A stretch of DNA of 63,336 nt, filler included, from Guillardia theta CCMP2712 (lineage: Eukaryota; Protista; Cryptophyta): the NCBI RefSeq assembly GCF_000315625.1. It is 7 parts of 7 records of this genome, joined end to end, with 100 filler letters (N's around TTAATTAATTAA, not from the genome) between each part and the next. Parts side by side here need not be neighbours in the genome. Positions count along the whole stretch, not along the records: positions 57,515 to 61,785 come from NW_005434156.1; positions 61,886 to 63,336 come from NW_005434037.1; 5 more parts are not named here. One strand, written 5' to 3'. The notes under the pieces were generated by a model. The model was not told where the DNA came from. It worked only from the letters and a program-made list of their open reading frames with translations, and did no database searches. Positions 60,501-63,336 of this stretch are shown here, one piece after another (positions within the stretch are counted from its first letter, which is position 1; each line of letters begins with the position of its first letter). A program made the position numbers and the translations under genes.

Positions 60501-61710
60501 CCAACTTGTACAAGGCATTAATTACCTTGATTCCTTCTCAGCAATGGCAATTCCTTCACATTTACGACTCCTTATTGTATCGATTACCTCAAGCAGGTAG
60601 ATGTTTCTGGATACAATTATGTAAGGATTTACAAGAATTTGGATTTGTTCCATGAACAGACAACTGTTTTTTCAGATATACATCCGAAAAAAGGGGAGAG
60701 ATGTACATAGCACTGGTAGTTGATGATTTGCTTCAATCTACCAATGATCTAGCAATTTTTTTTGAATCGTTCGATCAATTCATGCACCACAAGAAGTATG
60801 AAATTACAACAGACAATGATGTCTCATTCTATCTTGGTGTTGCATACAAACAAAATGAAGATGGATCTATTTCATCATCACGAAATGCTTGGAAAGATTT
60901 CACCTTGAAGGAATTGAAGTACGTATTCCAATGGATGCAAATTTGATCATCAATCCAGAAGATGTAGATGAAAATGCATCAGAAGATCTCGTGAAGTTGT
61001 ATCGAAGCATGGTGGCGAGTCTGATATACATTGCCAATTGGTCCAGACCTGAAATATCATATGCAGTCTCATTACTATCTCGTTATCTTTCATGCCCAAC
61101 GAAAAAGCTCATGACAGCAGTACACAAAGTGTATGCATACTTAAAAAACACCAAACAATTGGGAATAAGATACACGAAACAGGATGAGAATAGTCATGAT
61201 TACATGCAACTATATGCATTTTCAGACAGTTCAGATGCAGATTGCAAGCTTACTGGTAAATCAACAGGTGGCTATGTAATTTTCTTGAATGGATCTCCAA
61301 TTTCCTGGAAATCTGCAAGACAACACATTGTTAGTCTTTCTACGATGGAAAGCGAATACATGCAATGCACATTGACAGCAATTGAGATTTTGTACTTACG
61401 AGAAACAATAGAGTCACTTGGCTTCAAACAAAATCCAACTGTTTGTTATGAAGACAACAGTGCGTGCATCAAGTTAAGTCAAAACCCTGTCTGCAGAGGT
61501 CGATCGAAACATATCCATAGGAGATGGCATTTCATTCGAGAATGTGTGATTGACCGAAAGGAAATTACTCTAGAGCCAATCAATACATCTGAACAGATTG
61601 CAGATATATACACGAAACCATTACGATCAGATCAATTTCTATGTTTGTGAGATCATCTTCTCAATCTGCCAAAATATCAGGCATCAAAGAAATTGAGAAG
61701 CAACATAATT
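57515..61710 (+). mobile_element. Degenerate Ty1/copia LTR retrotransposon internal region (pre-integrase, integrase, RT, RNase H)
   Basis: WH...GH and CxxC; LHIDL, KDCYS, RIDNAGE, QNQRAES; YKACAVAVGYQ, VVDDLL, SRPEISYAVS; SDS, SWKS.RQ..VSLST.ESEY, EDNSACI, KHI..RWHFIRE, QIADIYTKPL; several frameshifts and stops; AT-rich. Confidence 0.93.
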
Positions 61711-61975
61711 CTGCATCGGTCCATTAGCGCGCTGCTCAGTGTTGTGGCTGCCTGCCGTCTCCCTCCCTCTTTTCCCCTCTTTTTTNNNNNNNNNNNNNNN
61801 NNNNNNNNNNNNNNNNNNNNNNNNNNNNNTTAATTAATTAANNNNNNNNNNNNNNNNNNNNNNNNNNNNNNNNNNNNNNNNNNNNCCAAACGGCCCGTAC
61901 CTTCCTCCGTCTCCGTCTCTGTCTCCGTCTCCGTCTCCTCTCCCTCTCCCCCCCTCCTCTTCTCCTCTCCTCACC

Positions 61976-62506
61976 TGATGTACTCGGCAAGGGCCATCTT
62001 CGTGCTCCCTGACATCTGGCAGTGATGCCCGATGAGGATCATGCATGGGACGCTGTCGGGGTGTCGGAGGAGGAGGCGCAGGACGAACTTGTAGTGCTTC
62101 TTCTGATTTCCTGCCTTGTTCACCACCTGGTTGAACAAGTTCCAGATCGCCACACTGTACGGCTGCAGGTTGCACGCGTGCCGCACAGCATCGTAGGCTG
62201 CCAGCGCCTTTCCGGCGTTGAGGGACACAACCACAGCCCACAGGTGCAGCTGCTTCTTCTCCTCTTGCTCCGTGAACCTCCCCGGCACCAGCGCCTCCAG
62301 CACCAGCTCTCCTGCTCTGTCCATGCGTCGGAGGTGCGTGAGGGCCTTGAGGGTGAGGAGGACGAGCTCGAGGTAATGCTCCGACCCCAGAGCCTGGGGA
62401 GAGGAGGAGGATCAGACGATGATGCACAAGTGGTGGAGGACAAGAGCAGAAGGCGAGGAGACAACGGGAAGGAGCGGGAGCGGGAGCAGGGGCAGGGGCA
62501 GGAGAG

Positions 62507-62552
<46 letters not shown>

Positions 62553-63260
62553 TAGGGAGGAGGAAGAGTCTCCGATTGAAGGAGAAGGAGAGGAGGGAGA
62601 GGCAAGGAAACAAAAGTTCCTCACCTTCCTCATGAGTTCACAGCTCGGCACCCCGTCCTCCTGCATAGATCGTATGAACTCCTCGTCCTGCTGCTCTTCT
62701 CCTCCCTGGCTCTCCTCGCCTGCAACCCTCCCTTCCTCTGCACTCGTGCACTCGGGATCCGCGGGCGAGGTAGCAGCAGCAGGAGCAAGGGACTCTTCAG
62801 GAGGAGGAGGAGGAGGGGTGAGAGTTGCAATAGAAGATTGAGCGGGGAGGGAAGTGGAGGAAGTGGACGAGTAGAGAGGAGGAGGAGGAGGAGGAGGATC
62901 AAGAGTCGAGGAGGAGGCAACAGCGCCTGTTGGAGGGGACGGAGGAGGAGGAGGAGGATCTTCGAGGATTCGCTCCTCAGCTCTGAGCTCCGGCGCCTCT
63001 TTGCGTCTCGTCGCTGCAAAAGGCAAGAGCGAGTGAGCAGGTCGAACGCTCTCAGCACAGAGCAGACCGTTGAGCTCGCAAGTCAAGACCGGCTGCTGCG
63101 ACTGCGCCTGGTCGGACTTGTTGGGTTCCGCCAGAGGTTGAGAATCTTTGCGACAGCGTCAAGACATGCAGGAGGACAGAGGGCAAAAATCTCCCCACCA
63201 GCTGCTCTGCTCTGCTCTGCTTCCCCGGCCGACCGCTTGTTCGAGACGATCTTGACATAC
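61976..63260 (-). CDS. GTF3C3: TFIIIC TPR subunit (Tfc4/TFIIIC102)-like, partial
   Basis: WNLFNQVV...KHYKFVLRLLLRHPDSVPCMILIGHHCQMSGSTKMALAEY matches the GTF3C3 C-terminal region. Confidence 0.8.
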
Positions 63261-63336
63261 GTCAGAGAGGAAGGGAGAGGAGGGGGGGGATATTTCTGGC
63301 CCTCTGCCCTCCTGCATGAGAGGGGGGGGGGGGGGA

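Overview
Eukaryotic nuclear DNA. It is GC-rich and intron-dense, with short GT-AG introns, CTGAC-type branch sites and (CCT/GAG)n-filled introns, and it carries TTTAGGG telomeric repeats. The style resembles cryptophyte algae, but that is an inference. The window is a concatenation of contigs joined by artificial 44N-TTAATTAATTAA-44N linkers (12940, 32858, 38737, 47248, 57415, 61786), so gene order across them means nothing. The most striking part is the first contig, which looks subtelomeric. It reads: TTTAGGG repeats; an 18x20-nt array; about 500 nt of hairpin-rich non-coding sequence; TTTAGGG repeats again; a related 7x20-nt array; then a large non-LTR retrotransposon. That element encodes an unknown ORF1, a Ulp1/SENP-type (C48) cysteine protease, AP endonuclease, a CxxC-CxxC finger and RT. 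ORF1 and the protease ORF share a reading frame across one TAA. The protease and APE-RT ORFs fuse in frame if one copy of a 92-nt tandem duplication is removed. The rest holds ordinary multi-exon genes (LENG1-like, LRR, sideroflexin, His-phosphatase, TMEM260-like, LKB1-like kinase, B-box, CDK-like pseudokinase, TFIIIC Tfc4), a decayed Ty1/copia element, a decayed RLE-type LINE fragment, and recurring GGGGTA/TACCCC-rich intergenic tracts. All identifications come from motif recognition by eye; no searches were run.
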